Notes under the pieces: generated by a model
Told to the model about the DNA's origin: nothing
The model's database searches: none
What the model saw: only the letters and a program-made list of their open reading frames with translations
Shown here: piece after piece, positions 13,298 through 27,943 of the stretch
Numbering within the stretch: position 1 is the stretch's first letter
How the letters are laid out: the number at the start of each line of letters is the position of its first letter
Program-made: the position numbers and the translations under genes
Assembly: GCA_003427395.1 (NCBI GenBank)
Contig: BFEA01000027.1
Location: forward strand, 2,477,335 to 2,535,036
DNA from: Chara braunii
Lineage: Eukaryota > Plantae > Charophyceae
Reading direction: 5' to 3'
Length of the DNA: 57,702 bases

Positions 13298-14056
13298 CAG
13301 GGTTACCTGACCGAACGTTCGGGGGCCCCCGGGCTAGCCCTCGAACGTTCGGGCGTTCGGGGTCCCGTTCGGGGGCCGAACATCTCCAGGTTTGGCCCCC
13401 GCCAAAAAATATTTCTGGGCCTAAAAATAAGTTTTGTTTTCTGAATTTGTTTTTGTGAGTTCTCTATGATGTAACCTACACGCCTATAAATTTTAAAGCG
13501 ATTCTGCTAAGCCAAAAAAACATTAAANNNNNNNNNNNNNNNNNNNNNNNNNNNNNNNNNNNNNNNNNNNNNNNNNNNNNNNNNNNNNNNNNNNNNNNNN
13601 NNNNNNNNNNNNNNNNNNNNNNNNNNNNNNNNNNNNNNNNNNNNNNNNNNNNNNNNNNNNNNNNNNNNNNNNNNNNNNNNNNNNNNNNNNNNNNNNNNNN
13701 NNNNNNNNNNNNNNNNNNNNNNNNNNNNNNNNNNNNNNNNNNNNNNNNNNNNNNNNNNNNNNNNNNNNNNNNNNNNNNNNNNNNNNNNNNNNNNNNNNNN
13801 NNNNNNNNNNNNNNNNNNNNNNNNNNNNNNNNNNNNNNNNNNNNNNNNNNNNNNNNNNNNNNNNNNNNNNNNNNNNNNNNNNNNNNNNNNNNNNNNNNNN
13901 NNNNNNNNNNNNNNNNNNNNNNNNNNNNNNNNNNNNNNNNNNNNNNNNNNNNNNNNNNNNNNNNNNNNNNNNNNNNNNNNNNNNNNNNGAAGGGGTCCCG
14001 TACGTTCGGGCGTCCGGGTTCGGGCATTCGGCCCGTCCCGAACGCCAGTAACCCTG
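13298..14056. mobile_element. hAT-type DNA transposon, interior gapped
   Basis: TIRs CAGGGTTAC...GTAACCCTG, a perfect 8-bp TSD ATTATAAT (13290-13297 and 14057-14064), and GC-rich subterminal CGAACGTTCGG motifs. Confidence 0.85.
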
Positions 14057-14238
14057 ATTATAATAATAAATTAATATGAATTATTATAATAATAATAACA
14101 TGATTATTATTATAATAATAATATGATTATTATTTATTTATGCATTATTATTAATATTATTATTATTATTGTTGTTAATTATTTTTTTCATGTTTGTATC
14201 GCTTGTTCTGATATAATCGCTAGCACAATCAAATACGT

Positions 14239-17200
14239 TGTCGCGCGCGGCGGTCCCACGCCCTGCTAGGGACGTTGAACCTCACGGTCGTGTCACGCAG
14301 GATTTATTTTTGTAGAACAACTTGTTACCACTCCAACCATGCGCGTGTGCTATACCTCTCACGACTCCCTGCGACACGTCGGGACGTCGCGAGGTACAAC
14401 TTACCTCTACCCGAGGGGTTGTCACCACCCTCAGGTAGGCGTATCCCTGCTGAGCTACCGGCCCACGTGCGAAGGCTTTTACATGCCTGAGTAGAGGTAG
14501 GTCGGCCGAGGGCGTTTGCTTGATCGCAGTAGCATGAAATGGGGTACGCGTGGTAAGACGCCTAGGACTGACCCATTAGATACTCAGGTCGAACTTTGAA
14601 ACGGTCGTCTTATTTCCGCTTTTTATTCTCAAAACACTTTCTCCTTGTAACCTCTACGATCAACGTACCAAAACCTTGTCACTATCAAAGATAATCTATT
14701 CCACTCAACGTATGACTAATCATCAGATAGTATATAAGACTTGATTATGAATAACGAGGTATTACCGCTGGGAACCCTTCCCACTTTCACAAGTGTTGAG
14801 TGTCCAAACTCTTCACGATGTCAATTCCAGTCCAGCCCAAATCATGCACAAAACAGACCTGCACAACATAATGCAAAGATAGTTCACATGTCATGCATTA
14901 ACAACGTCAACCATCAACCACTGACATAGTCCCTCACTCCCCAAACCATGCATGACAGCTCTATCTTTCCTGAGATGCAAACCCAGCCCCCTCACATCTA
15001 TTCAAAGGACCCTTGAGAGTGACCAGGATCATTTAGGCGATGACCACAGGTAATAGTTTTACTGTCCACAGGGTTTGTTTTTGGATGTAGGTATCAAGTC
15101 AAAGTGGAAAGAGTTGAATCGGCAACGACCGACCTGTTATCGAGTGATAACAGAAAATTGGGTCCTTTATGTAGGATTTTCTCCTTCAATTGCAGTAGAC
15201 CAAAGCAAAAGACCTGCACACAAACAGGTCAACAAGGATTCAACATCCCCACTTGATCCCCCACATAATGATATATAAGGTTCAAGCCTCTTAGTTCTGG
15301 TTTGTGAACTTTGGGATTAACATCCCAAAGTCTAACCCCTAGCTTCTACCTACCCTGAGTCGTCTGTCACTCCTTCTTTTATTTCAAGGAGTCCCCTCGC
15401 CTGTGTCCTTAGTTGTCTTTTATGAAAACTTCACATTTTCTCCTCCTTTCAGTCCTTGCATTCTCTCTCTTGCGGATAAGCACACTCTTTTGTGCTTTAC
15501 GCGGTAGTCCGACCGAGATCAACTCAAGCCAGTGGCGGTTTCTTCGATGAATTGTGGCTATACGGTATTTTTTTTCTAGTTCCTTTTTCCCGCGGTGTTC
15601 GCCCTTCTCTTACGTTCCTTTTAAGGAACCTTTGGAGTTGCTCCCGATGGAGCACTCCTTTTCCTTTCTCTTCTTGCTTGTTCTGACATACTCAAGTAGT
15701 GGGCTGATTCACCCGGGAATCTTCCATTGCTTGATCAACTCCAAATAATCTGTTTGTCAGAAGTGTAGTCGAGCCGCCCCACGGGATCACTCAGTCATCC
15801 CTCAAAGTTCACGCAATCCTCATGTAATCAAGCAGCTCATGGCATCTAGTGTAAGTGATTGGATAACTCACCCGGGAGTATCCCTTTACTGTCTAAACAC
15901 AATCATCATTTCTTCACTAGTAAACCTCTGAATCAAACAAGTATTAGGATAACCCTCCCGGGAGTTACCCTACTACCAGTTCGATGAGTAGGAGATCAGT
16001 CAAAACAACTCCAAGTTGAATAGCCTTGACTGTTCCCCTACTTTGCCCACTCGTCGCGAACGAGCAAGAGGTATGCCGACTTTTACGGAAGTCGACCAGA
16101 TTGACCTAGACTTAAGAGTTCGTGCACTCACCCGNNAGTACTTAATTCCCTTCCTAAGTCTAGTCAAATCAAGTGAGAGGAGAACTCCATGGGAGCTCCT
16201 CGTAACCTGATCCAATATTAAATAGCTAGGCCATTAGTATCCAAGTAATGNCAATCCATTAGTCATACCAGAGAAAGCAGCAGGGTTACTCACCCGNGAG
16301 TATCTCTTTTACTTGTCCAAACATAATCAACTCATCCTTTTCTTGTTAGTTGATCCCCAGATCAAACAAAGTATTAAGATAACCCTCCCGGGAGCCATCT
16401 AATACCAGTTCGATGTGTAGGGGACCAGTCAAATTTCAAAGAAGCCTACTAGATTGACTTAGACTTAGGAGATCACGTACTCACCGGGAGTACTTGATTC
16501 CCTTCCTAAGTCTTAGTCAAATCAAGTGATAGGAGAATTCAACGGTTGTTGTTAACGATCGTAGGATTGTACTTTACGGAAGTACCGATCAAATGACTTT
16601 TGTTAAGTTTGAAAGAGTGTACTTCACGGAAGTACTGGATCAAATGACTTCTGTTAAGCTGAAGGATGTACTTCACGGAAGTACCGGATCAATTGGTTCT
16701 TTGTTAGTTAAAGGAGTGTACTTCACGGAAATACTGGATGAAATGACGGTTGTCAATGTAACCTGCCTGTCAATAGGGAGGATGCACGACATTTTCCTGC
16801 TACAAATGTCCGAGTTAACTAATCATTAAACAAACTTGTTAACTTTAGATAGGTCATTAGTATCGAACGTTGTCAATCCATTAGTCCTACCAAGACAAGT
16901 AGCAGGGTACTCACCCGAGAGTATCCTTTTTACTCGTCCAAGCATAATCAACTCATTCTTTCCTTGTTAGTTGATCCCTAGATCAAACAAAATATTAGGA
17001 TAACCCTCCCGGGAGCCACCTAGTATCATTTCGATGTGTAGGGGACCAGTCAACTTTCACGGAAGTTGACCACATTGACTTAGACTTAGGAGTTCGTGTA
17101 CTCACCCGGGAGTACTTAATTCCCTTCCTAAGTCTAGTCAGATCAAGTGATAGGAGAACTCCANGGGAGCCTCCCATAACCCGATCTAATGTTAATTGGA

Positions 17201-17575
17201 TAAGTCATCAGTAATCAAGCAAACCAACTTCTTAGTCATATCAAAACAAGTAGCAGGGTTATTCACCCGGGAGTATCCCTTTTACCTGTCCAGGCATTTT
17301 TAACTCGTTCTTTTCCTTATTAGTAGACATCCGGATCAATCAAGTACTAGGATAACCCACCCGGGAGCCACCCTACTACCAGTTTGATGCGTAGGAGATC
17401 AGTCGACTTTCACGGAAGCCGACCACATTGACTTAGACTTAGGAGTTCGTGTACTCACCCGGAAGTACTTTATGCCCTTTCTAAGTCTAGTCAAATCAAG
17501 TGATAGGTGAACCGCATGGGAGTACTGGATCAGTCTTGGATTTAGCTGGTAGGTTGACAGAGAAGACGCACGACA
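14239..17575 (-). repeat. 3' LTR (~3.3 kb)
   Basis: Termini TGTCGCGCG...CGCACGACA. It is colinear with the sequence from 38890 onward. A purine-rich GATGACGAGAAGA (minus strand) abuts it at 17576-17588 as a PPT candidate. Confidence 0.85.
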
Positions 17576-18466
17576 TCTTCTCGTCATCAATGTATGTATG
17601 TCAAAAAGTCAACTAGTTAGGTGGATGGCCGGGTAGTTCGCACGACGAGTACCCTTTTAGTCATTCCATGCAGGCAGTTTGACGATCCCAATGGAGACCT
17701 CCATCATACTGCCTTTGTTTTTCTCAAGACCAAGCAGGCTAAGTTCCTTCTTGGTTCTTTCCTAGGTTCTTTTTTCTCATCAGGCACGTTATGATTTCAA
17801 TCATATAACCCTTTTGCTTTTGGTGCTTTTAGTCCTGAAGAAATCATAGAAACAGTATATCGTATAATCATACAAGCAGAAAATAGAAGGGCGTAGCCTT
17901 TAAGGGTATATGGGAAAGGAATGAAGTGTGCGTACCTTAAGGTTCCATGTCTCCAGAGTTCCTCCTGAACTCCGACAGAGCTCCCGCAATCGCCTTGCTT
18001 TGTTGGACCATTTGAACATTCATCCTTCACAGAGTAGATCTTTTTCATTCAAGAGGTCTTATTATTTCGGATAGTTTACGAAAACAAAGGGAAACGAGAG
18101 GATTACACCACGGGAGAATGGGGAAGGATGGAGGAGGTAGGTACCATCACTTGGTGACGATATCTCTCTCCTCTCCATTACCTTTCATCTCCTCAAACCT
18201 GATCTCTCCCACTCCCTCAAACATACAAGGAATCGCAGGATAATGTGCCGAATGAGATAGTCAACAATAATCACACTAATAACCCTGAATAAATATGAAG
18301 AAGAGAAGAAAAGGGCAATTCAGATCAAGGGAGAAGAAAAAAGGATAGTAGAGGTAGACATTATCACATGGTGTCGGTGTCCTTTTCCCCTACATTACTC
18401 TGCTTTTTTCGCCTTCCCTGGTCCATAATTGAACTTAATAATCAATAAATAATAATAATAACAATG

Positions 18467-18523
<57 letters not shown>

Positions 18524-19207
18524 TAAGGTATATATTTATAGAATGTCAAACTGCAAAATCAATAGACATCTAGATCATGCATGAGTATAGGGTGCACATG
18601 CATTGAGTACTAATCAAAATAGAGCAATACAACGAAGTAATGAGCCAACGCCCAAGCTAGCAGGCGACATCAATGCAGTATCCAGAATCGTTCTCTCTGT
18701 CTGGCGCACAACGCCCAACCTACTCTACAGTATTATCCTATGATGTAGTTGGCTTACGCAACAAGATCATTTCGGTTCACATATCTGCCCATACCATCGG
18801 CAACCTCTTCTTCATGTACCAGGTTCGTATCTTGTCACCCTCAACCAGGCCTTGATTATTTCACACAATGCCCTACACCCTAAAGACCACCCAATCATTC
18901 GCTGTACCCCTTGGCGCCTAGCGGCCTGGCTGTGGTCGCCTACGCCTCGCTGCCCTGTTACGTGTGTAGTTGCCCAGACACAACTGTCGTGGCCTGGGCG
19001 AGCTGTACGGCGCAACTTAGTGAGGTCCGCACGTTCACTCAATCAACTGATGTGCTGCAGGAGCCTAAATGCCCACATACGAAGATGTCGAATTCGGCCT
19101 AAGACAAATATTCAGGCCCCCCCTTCACTTAGGCCGGCCCGAGGCTGGTTGGGACCACAAACTACTGAATCAATAACAACATTAATAATAACAACAACAA
19201 CAACAAC

Positions 19208-19277
<70 letters not shown>

Positions 19278-21567
19278 GAACACCGTAAGGCAATGGGCAA
19301 AGGTGGAAGGACAGATTGCCTATGGCGATATCACATTGAAAGCCAGGAAGCCCCTCATCGTCCGTAAGACAGTAATGTACCCTCATTCCATCAGCGGAGA
19401 ACCAAAGTTCTGAATCCGAATGTCAGTGAGATTATGCTCTCATTATTTCCAGATATAAGTACTCGGAGTCCTCCCTCTACCTGGGCTCAATACACAGGCT
19501 ACAGCCATACAGCTCACTAACAGCCAATGAATTGACAATGTACCCAATTGACGTCAGCAGCAGATTCTAAGTACATTCAGGCTTCGACCCCCGTAGACTA
19601 TCGCCAAGCCTAGGTACGTGCCCTTACACCATCACCCTCATCCCTCTCTCTCTCTNCATTCTCCTCCTCTCTCTTCCTCTATTATTCTNGCATATATACA
19701 TANACACAACGGGTTTCATGACTGTGTCAGATTAGTTTCTCAGACTTTCGACTGTCCGTGTCAGGGGCGTGATCCGACAGTCTGCTGCAAGGTTCGTATG
19801 ATGACCATTTCCCTTAGGGGTATCGTCCAATCTGTGTGATGCGATAAACCCTTATCCATCAGTCAAATGTCTCCCGGAAAGACTATCGGGACCAACCTCC
19901 TGATCAATCGGAGATATTATGGCACAGTCGTGCTTATCCGTCTGCCGTGTATAACGGACATGACATAACTTGGATGCAAGCATGCGCATGAACTCATACA
20001 TGTTCACATACACATAGACCTACCCATTCACACACACACACTCTCGGAGAGATCATACAGTACCCACACTGGAGACCAGAGAGGAAAACTTCAGGTATGC
20101 GCAACTTAGAAGTTTTAATAAATTATGAATTAAAACAGTTGAGATCAGTCACCCTCCGCTCAATAGTTCAAAAAGTCAGCAGCCCAATACCTGCATCTTC
20201 ACCTTACGGTAAGTAACTCTCTTCTCTATCTGTGTCTGTCTGTCCGTTCTGTGTCTGTTTGGTCGACTGTCCTTTTCTTCCCTTTCTCTCTCTCTGTATC
20301 TGGGGGTGCGTGGCTATGTCTGTGCGCACGTGTGTCTGCCTGTTTGTGCCTGCCTGTTATGTCTACATCTGTTTTTTTGTAAGTTGTTATCTGTCTGTTT
20401 GTTGCTGTCTATATCTGTTTTGTTTGTTTACCTGTCTCTGTTTGTCTGTCCATCAGTTCATTCATCTGTGCTTGCTTATCTGTTGTCTTGACTGTGTCGA
20501 CTCTTTGTCTGTTCTGGTCCAGTCAAGCAAGTACCGCATGGGGCTGTGTGTACTACGGGTATGAAAGAGGTTAGATCAACGAGCTGTGGAAGTATAAATC
20601 AAGAGGCGGCGCCCTGCCATTTATCCATTCTTGCGTAAGCCAGGCGGAAGTGCTGTTACAACGAATTGTGCTAGGCGACCTGCAGTGTTGTTTGTTTGAT
20701 TCATGTTTGTCTGTCCCGTTGATACCTGTCTGATTTGCCCGATCCTCCTTCCTTCTTCTCCTCCTCCTTTCTCGATCTTTCACATTCTCCCTCTCTCTCG
20801 CTAGTAGCATTCCCTCCTCCGGACTTTCCTTCTGTTATAGCCTCATTCATATACGGGTAACTACCCATAACGGTCATAACAGTAATAATAATAATAATAA
20901 TAATAAAAATAATAATGGTAAGATAAGAATATCCAGATTGCATAGTCACGTTGAAAACCCGATCGTATCACGGAGTCCAGAACGCAGTATTACACCAATA
21001 TGACTCTAATGGAGAATCGTAACACTGAAATCCAAAGTCGACGAGAGCTTGATTTTGCCATCATCACATATGTGTTCAGGCTCTTCTCCCTACTTGGCAC
21101 CCTGTGCCCAGCCTACGCCCTACACAACTACCTCTTGCCTACTAATTGACAATGTAACTCACGAAGTCATCAACCAACGAAGTGCTTGGATACGCCGCTC
21201 AATGTAGACCACCGCCAGCACCAGGTAAGTGCTCTCACATCACCCATCCTTCTCTCTCTCTCTCTCTCTGATTCCTCTTTCTCTTTCTTCATCCTCTTTC
21301 ACACTCGTTTTCTCTTTCCCCGTCATGTTCGTCCAGGGTATGCCTGTGTGAGATTGGCTTATTGCTCTGGGCTGTTTGTCCAACTGTTATGTGTTGTCTG
21401 CTATTATCTGTCTGAATGTACTTTCCTCCCTTTCATCTTCCTTATTCAGTCACCGTTTGTAAGTATACCTCATCTCTTACTCAGTCCGACACTGCACTCC
21501 CTGAGACTACGAGCATACTACAGAGGGTGATACTGATTACCACCAGTTCATAGCAATAATAATAATA

Positions 21568-21611
<44 letters not shown>

Positions 21612-22542
21612 TAATAATAATAACATATTATAAATGTAAGAAAATAAGTGATAACAGACATCAGCTACCTAGCAACATCATACACATGAGACCAGATAGT
21701 CTTGACCTAGAACCACCAACATAATTGCATCACGAGATTCACCAAATAAGAACACACCAAGAGCTCATAATTGACAGTGCTGGAATAGTCTCGTCATCAT
21801 CATCAACGAAGAACCAATGTTGATATTTATCTGGCGCGCAGCGCCCATACTACATGTGACAGATCCTATCTATCCTATACTACGAAGCCGAAAGATGACG
21901 TCAACAACGTTCCCGAGGTACGAGCATATGGCAACCAATGTCGCACGCTTCCAACACCAGGTATGTCTCGCGCTACACTCACACCCTCGATCCCAACTCA
22001 NAGATGCCACTTGCATCTCTCCATCTCCTTTTTTTTCTCTCTCTCTCTTTCTCTCTCTCACAAGGTACGAAATACCAGAGCAACAAGCACCTACCACCAG
22101 TTNACAAGGACTGTTGATTCACGATCCAAAAAGCGTGCAGCACCATGTTCCAGATCACCTCAAACCCACGACACATCAAGCACTGAATCCACGAAATAGC
22201 AAGGGCGAAACTTTCGAAGCATGAAGCACAGAGCCCAGAATGCTTTTCAGAATCACTGAGCACGTAGCATGCCAACTTCCCGCAGAACATCGACTCACGT
22301 ATCAAAGCACCGAAGTACGGATCACAACTACTAAGCACCAAAGCAGAAAGTCCTGGCCAGGTAAGTATCTCCCTCTCTACTCCTCTTCCTTTTCTCCTCC
22401 TTCTTTTTCTTGATCAAGCCGTCAGTGTTCTTCCACTAGTATCGTGGTGTCTTTCCCTTGTTCCTCTTCTACTTGCTCCCCCGCGTCGGCGTCCCCGATG
22501 CGTGCACGTCTCTCTCTCTCTCTCCCCAGACACTCACACATT

Positions 22543-23820
22543 TCATCGATAGGATGAGCAAAAACGAAATGAATCTTCCGCTGAAACGGGGAAACATACA
22601 CTGCCACTTTGTGTTTTACTTGTTTTATCGGTCCACGTGGCGTGCGGCGAGGCATGGGTGGGAGACTTCACGCTCTCACCCTCTCGTCTCGTCGTGGCGA
22701 TATCTCCAGCGCAGCAGGTACGTAGTAACCCAATCTTGTATCGCTCATCCCTTCCTTCTCTCCTCCCTCTCGTTCTCCTCTCTCTCTCCCTTTCTCTCTT
22801 ACCCACACACATACGAGTAGTAGCCTATCCCGACGAAGTAGTGGGAGATTCGATAGATTCTGCCCATCTTTTCGATGTGAGTTTGCGCGAGGCCAGCTGC
22901 TTCCCCGGAGGCTTTCCCGGCGGCCTGGTACATCGCGCAACGAATCGGTCGAAGCACCTCTCTCTCTTTCTCNCACACACACACGAGCTGCCTACGGTAA
23001 AGGCGCAGATCAAAACAAGAATCGATCTCTTACTCAAAGTACAGATAGCGTAGCGGAAGACTCAGATACCAATGATTCGAACAATCAATATTGTAATGCA
23101 GCCCTTTTATCATCGTTCCAAGGTGTGAAGGGACCAGGCATTTGTACAGGGGGAATGTGCCAGTCCCCGCCATGCACAGGTGAAGAGGAGGGGATTAGAC
23201 AAAGAGAGGGGGAAAGCTGGGAATGTCGCCAACACGAAGTCTTTGTCATAAGTCCCAAATAATCCCTCGTCGTAATGTCTGAAGTCCAAAAGTCGAATCT
23301 GGATCCGAGGTCACCAAACTCTCTCTCTCACTCTTCTCGCATAGTCTGCAGATGCAGTGAAGTCAGAGAAGGAGAGGGTGAGAGGGAGATGGTGGACTAA
23401 GAAGAGGTAGAAGAAGAACTCCCTCTCCCTGTTGTGAGCCAGGTACTAACCTGGGAGGTTGGCGCTTTTGCTGCAGGTACCTCGTAGGCGAAGCTTGGAG
23501 CAACAGCGCTTCAGGTACGTACCCCTGGCCTCCGCCCAACCTCTAGTGCTATCCTAACTATGATGCCCATTCTACATATGGCAGATCCTAACTAGCTTAG
23601 ACTATATTGCCGCATGTTGTTGACGTTAACAGTATCCCCGAAATACGAGCGAATCTCGGCCAAAGCCCATTGCCTCGTGCTCCAGGTACATATCACTTAC
23701 AACCTCTATCCCCCCCCATTCTCAGATATCACTTGCACCCAAGATCAAACATGCGCCCCGCTTCGTGTACACAGCTGGGCTCACGTCCGAGATTATATTA
23801 TCATAATTAAATAATAAACT

Positions 23821-23862
<42 letters not shown>

Positions 23863-24790
23863 TCAGTAATAATGGTAACACAAAAAAAAATGGCGAGCGG
23901 ATGCAAGTAGTTTTTCCGGCTCGATTCAGTCAAAAAGAGGATACGTAGAGTTTCGGGGGAGTTGCTTCAGTTCCTACATCCTTTATCTGGTTCATCCATC
24001 ATCGAGGTGAGTTCTTACTTCCCCCTTTTACCCCTTTCTCCTCACACACTCGTATGCAAACTCACGTACCTATCGCATGCACATACTCCCTGCACACCCA
24101 CATACCATTGGCTTAATACTTCAGGCTCAAATCTCACACCGTCTTCTTCATCTTCTGTCGAATGACTTTACTCATAATCTTGGTCATGATCAGGGTGCAC
24201 CTGACCACGATTATGCGTTGGATACATGTAAAATGACAGCAATGACATATGTCGAAAAAACCATTCGTGCGAATGAGGTAAGTAGCCATCCCTCCACTTT
24301 CTCTTTCTCTATCTTATATACGTCCCTTAACACGACCCCACGTTCAAACACATACATCCCATCGATAGAACGAGCAATATAGGGATGAATCTTTCGTTGA
24401 AACGGGGAAATATACATGACCACTTTTTGGTTTGTTCATTCTATCGTTCCTGCGTGGCGGTGCGCGGGTTGGGGAACTAGCTGTTTGGCCAAGGTCGGAG
24501 ACTTATCGTCTCTCTTTCTCTTCCACACTCTCGTAGTGCAACAGGTACGTAGTAACCCGATCTTGTATCGCTCAACCTTCCCTTCTCTCCTCTCTCTTGC
24601 TTCTCCTCTCTCTCACACACACACACACACACATTCCATCGATAGGATGGGCAAAAACGGAATGAATCCTCCGCTGAAACGTGAAAATATACACCGCCAC
24701 TTTTTGATTTGTTCATTCTGTCGATCCAAGTACCGCGTGGCGTGCGGCGAGGTACGGGTTTGGAGACTTAGCCTCCCCCCCTCTCTCATA
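22543..24790. repeat. Three dispersed copies of a ~150-260-bp sequence (22543, 24358, 24637)
   Basis: Shared CATCGATAG.A.G.GCAA...ATGAATC.TC..CTGAAACG.G.AAA.ATACA core. Copies 1 and 2 continue through CAGGTACGTAGTAACCC.ATCTTGTATCGCTCA. Confidence 0.85.
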
Positions 24791-27700
24791 TCTTTTCCCT
24801 CTCCTTTCCTTATCCTCTCCATTCTCCTCCTTCATCTCCTTCCCTCACACATTCTGTACGCACTCTCCTGCCGTTGTGCTCGTCTTTCCCCTTTCGTGTG
24901 TAAGTACTTCCTCCAAGTGTGATCGCCATTTCCCACAGACTACCTTTCCGAAATGATACAGTCAATAAGTGTAGGGGGGGGGGGTGAGTCGTGTTCGGGC
25001 TGATCGCCCGACTGCTGTGATCACGACTAGCAGCGTATAGGTAAGTGTTTCCCAATCTCTCTCTCTCTTTCACATATAGACACTCGACCTCGACTGGCCT
25101 ATCAACCTCGACTTCGAACGAATCCATCCTCAATAGCAGGCCGGATTCGTTCGAGCACAGTCCAGAATCTAGTTTATAAAAACGGAAAGAAAAAAAATAA
25201 AAGAAAATAAAGGAAAGTAGAAAAATAAAAAGAAAGAAAAAGAAAACTTCGAAAACTAAATCTAACTTCCGACTTCCCCGTTGGGACAACTGTCGGATTC
25301 TGCCTAGGTCTAACTAACCTCCTTACACAGAGGTCACGGGTTTGAATCCCACTCATCCGTGAGCGGGTAAAAAAAGGTAGACCCCGCCCCCTATAGCTAG
25401 CAAAAGGAGCTAGCCCGGAGGCAGGTCGGACTCGATCCCAGGATCCTCTGCGTATCAGTCTGGGCCTATATTTATTGGGCTAACTCCTAGTTCGGTTCTA
25501 CTAGGAGCGAAATTACCCTAAGTAGAGTACAAGGATCAGTCTAATCAATCCATAAGGCCAGCGGCCTTATCGTAAGGGAAATTCAGGCCACTGTAGGCCA
25601 TCACAGCCTGTTACAGCAGGCTAGGCTTCTTCTTCTAGTCGCCCCGGCCACATGGTCGAGGCCTTTACTAATTTCTACCCATATTCTATCCTGCGGGGAG
25701 TGGTTTCCCGCCCCGCTTTTTTCGAATTACTCGACGTCTGCGGACGTGGGCTGAAATGGTCATACTTCCCCAGTCGTCAATTGAATGAGGAAAACCGTCG
25801 CTGCGTCCCGCGCGACGCTTTTCTATTTTGACTAACCTTCCGACCTTGTGGTCGGAGGTTTTATTTACTAACCACTTTGCAGTCTCCGCGCGCGTCGGAA
25901 TGGCGTGCGCAGTTATTCTAATTTTTAATCCACTAACTCTCGTTGGCTCTGCATGCGCTGCGGTAATGCAGACAAGCATTCGAAATTCTTAACCCTCGAC
26001 TCTTGTCCGTGCGTGCCGTGTTTTGGCCCTGGCGGTTACTAAACTTTTGACCTTAACGGTCGAGGGGTTTCACCCCAGTTTCTGTTTTTAGCCGACCCCA
26101 TTCTGACAATTGGTGTCGACATTGTGTCGACTGTAAAATTATGAGCGGATACCCTTGTAAGGGTATCAGCTCCGACAGTCTTCCCAGACCCCATTAAGCG
26201 ACGTCCCCGTCGCTGGAGAATCTAAATGCAAACAAAGGCCTTATGACGCGACAAGTTGTCAAAATTCGATTTCCCGGGACGAAGTTGTGGCTTGAAGACC
26301 CTCACTATCTCCCTTGGCGCGTCCATACTGCCAGGATTTCAACCTGGGTCTCGCGCATACCAACAATTGTAATACCAAAGAAATGTTATTCCATATGACT
26401 CAAAGTGGGGATACTGGATCTGTACTACAGTTACAGAGGTCACCAAGGAAGATAATGATAGCCTCTCCCCTCAACTTTAGACTTTATTGCCAGAATCTCA
26501 TTGGGTGTCCGAGGAGTTAGGAATCATAAATGAATCCTACCTTTAGGACGAGGGTCTCAACCTTAGTCAATTTTTACCGTCTTACCCGAAGTCTAATGCG
26601 AGGGGATCGGCAACCTTAGTCTCAACCCACCACAGTCGGTTGATCAGGCCTGATCTGTGGCCCACCATGTTTGTTAATCTAATGGTGGTACCTGTATTGG
26701 TTACGCAACACAGGATGATTACCTTCTATCAACTATCTACACCCGACTCTCGATCCCCCCGATATCTACCTGAACTTGATACTATCATTAGGAAATCCTT
26801 CCCCTCAAGTTTAGTCCCAGGCCGTAATTGGAAGGCCCGCTGCCTGGTTATACTTGGTCAGCAGCCGACGCAGGGAGTTACGTCCCAACGATGCCAATTT
26901 TCCACCATAGGCTTGGTAATTTTAAGTCCCTCAGACTGACCTCCATAAGTGGATGAACGATGATTATTTCAAAAATACACATATGAAATTCAAATTTAAC
27001 CAGATAAAATTTATCTCCCCTCGTCAGTTGTCCTTGAATGGGTGAACAAACTCATTGAATATATATATATGAAAGAAGCAATATCAATAAGAATGATTCA
27101 ACATGATTGAAAAACTTGTCTCTGATCGAGGGGCATCGTCAGAGCCACTTAGGGGCTGTACCTACCAGACCTCGATCACAGGCTGGATAGACACACGTCT
27201 TGGGGATCTTTTTCTAATAGAAAGTCAACCAAAATATCCATAAAGAAAGTATAAAGTATGCGTTTGACCCCTTGTCTTGTCAGAAGGCAGAAAAAACATC
27301 CATTTCATTCATAACATATATTTCCCTGATTCACAGGGTTTGTCAGATGCAAAATAACTTTGACGTTTTCGTACCCTTTATAGCGTCTGCTTCAAAAATA
27401 ACCATAAATGACTCATCATAGATGCAAACCAACTTTTGCAAAACTCATTTCACCTTGTCACTCTTGAACACTTAGGCGTGTTTTTTAGCATCCTAGTTCA
27501 AGATCCGACATCATAGACAACACTCATATCCAAAATACACATTTTACCAATCAAAACTCAAACACTGGACCAACTCAATTGTGAAAGTGCAAAGTGTTCA
27601 AGTTCCCCACAGGTATACCTCGCAAATAACTTAGGATAGAGAAGCTCAACTGAATACAAAAGAATATGTCAAAAATTGATCCAGACTGATGCACGGATCC

Positions 27701-27943
27701 TCAAAATGGAATATACGTTTGATCTTCCCTCAACTACTAGAGTACATAATGTCGAGTCAGAATAATATACATGATCTCCTAATCCTAGCAATTGTAAAAG
27801 ACACATGTTCTATAATAAAACTGACGAGAACACTCCATTAGATATCAAGCTTACCATATTGCCTTCTTCACCCTCAACCCCTAATATACAATGCTTGTTT
27901 GAAAGGACTTCAAAACTGTCTTATTCTAATATTCTAAGGTGAG

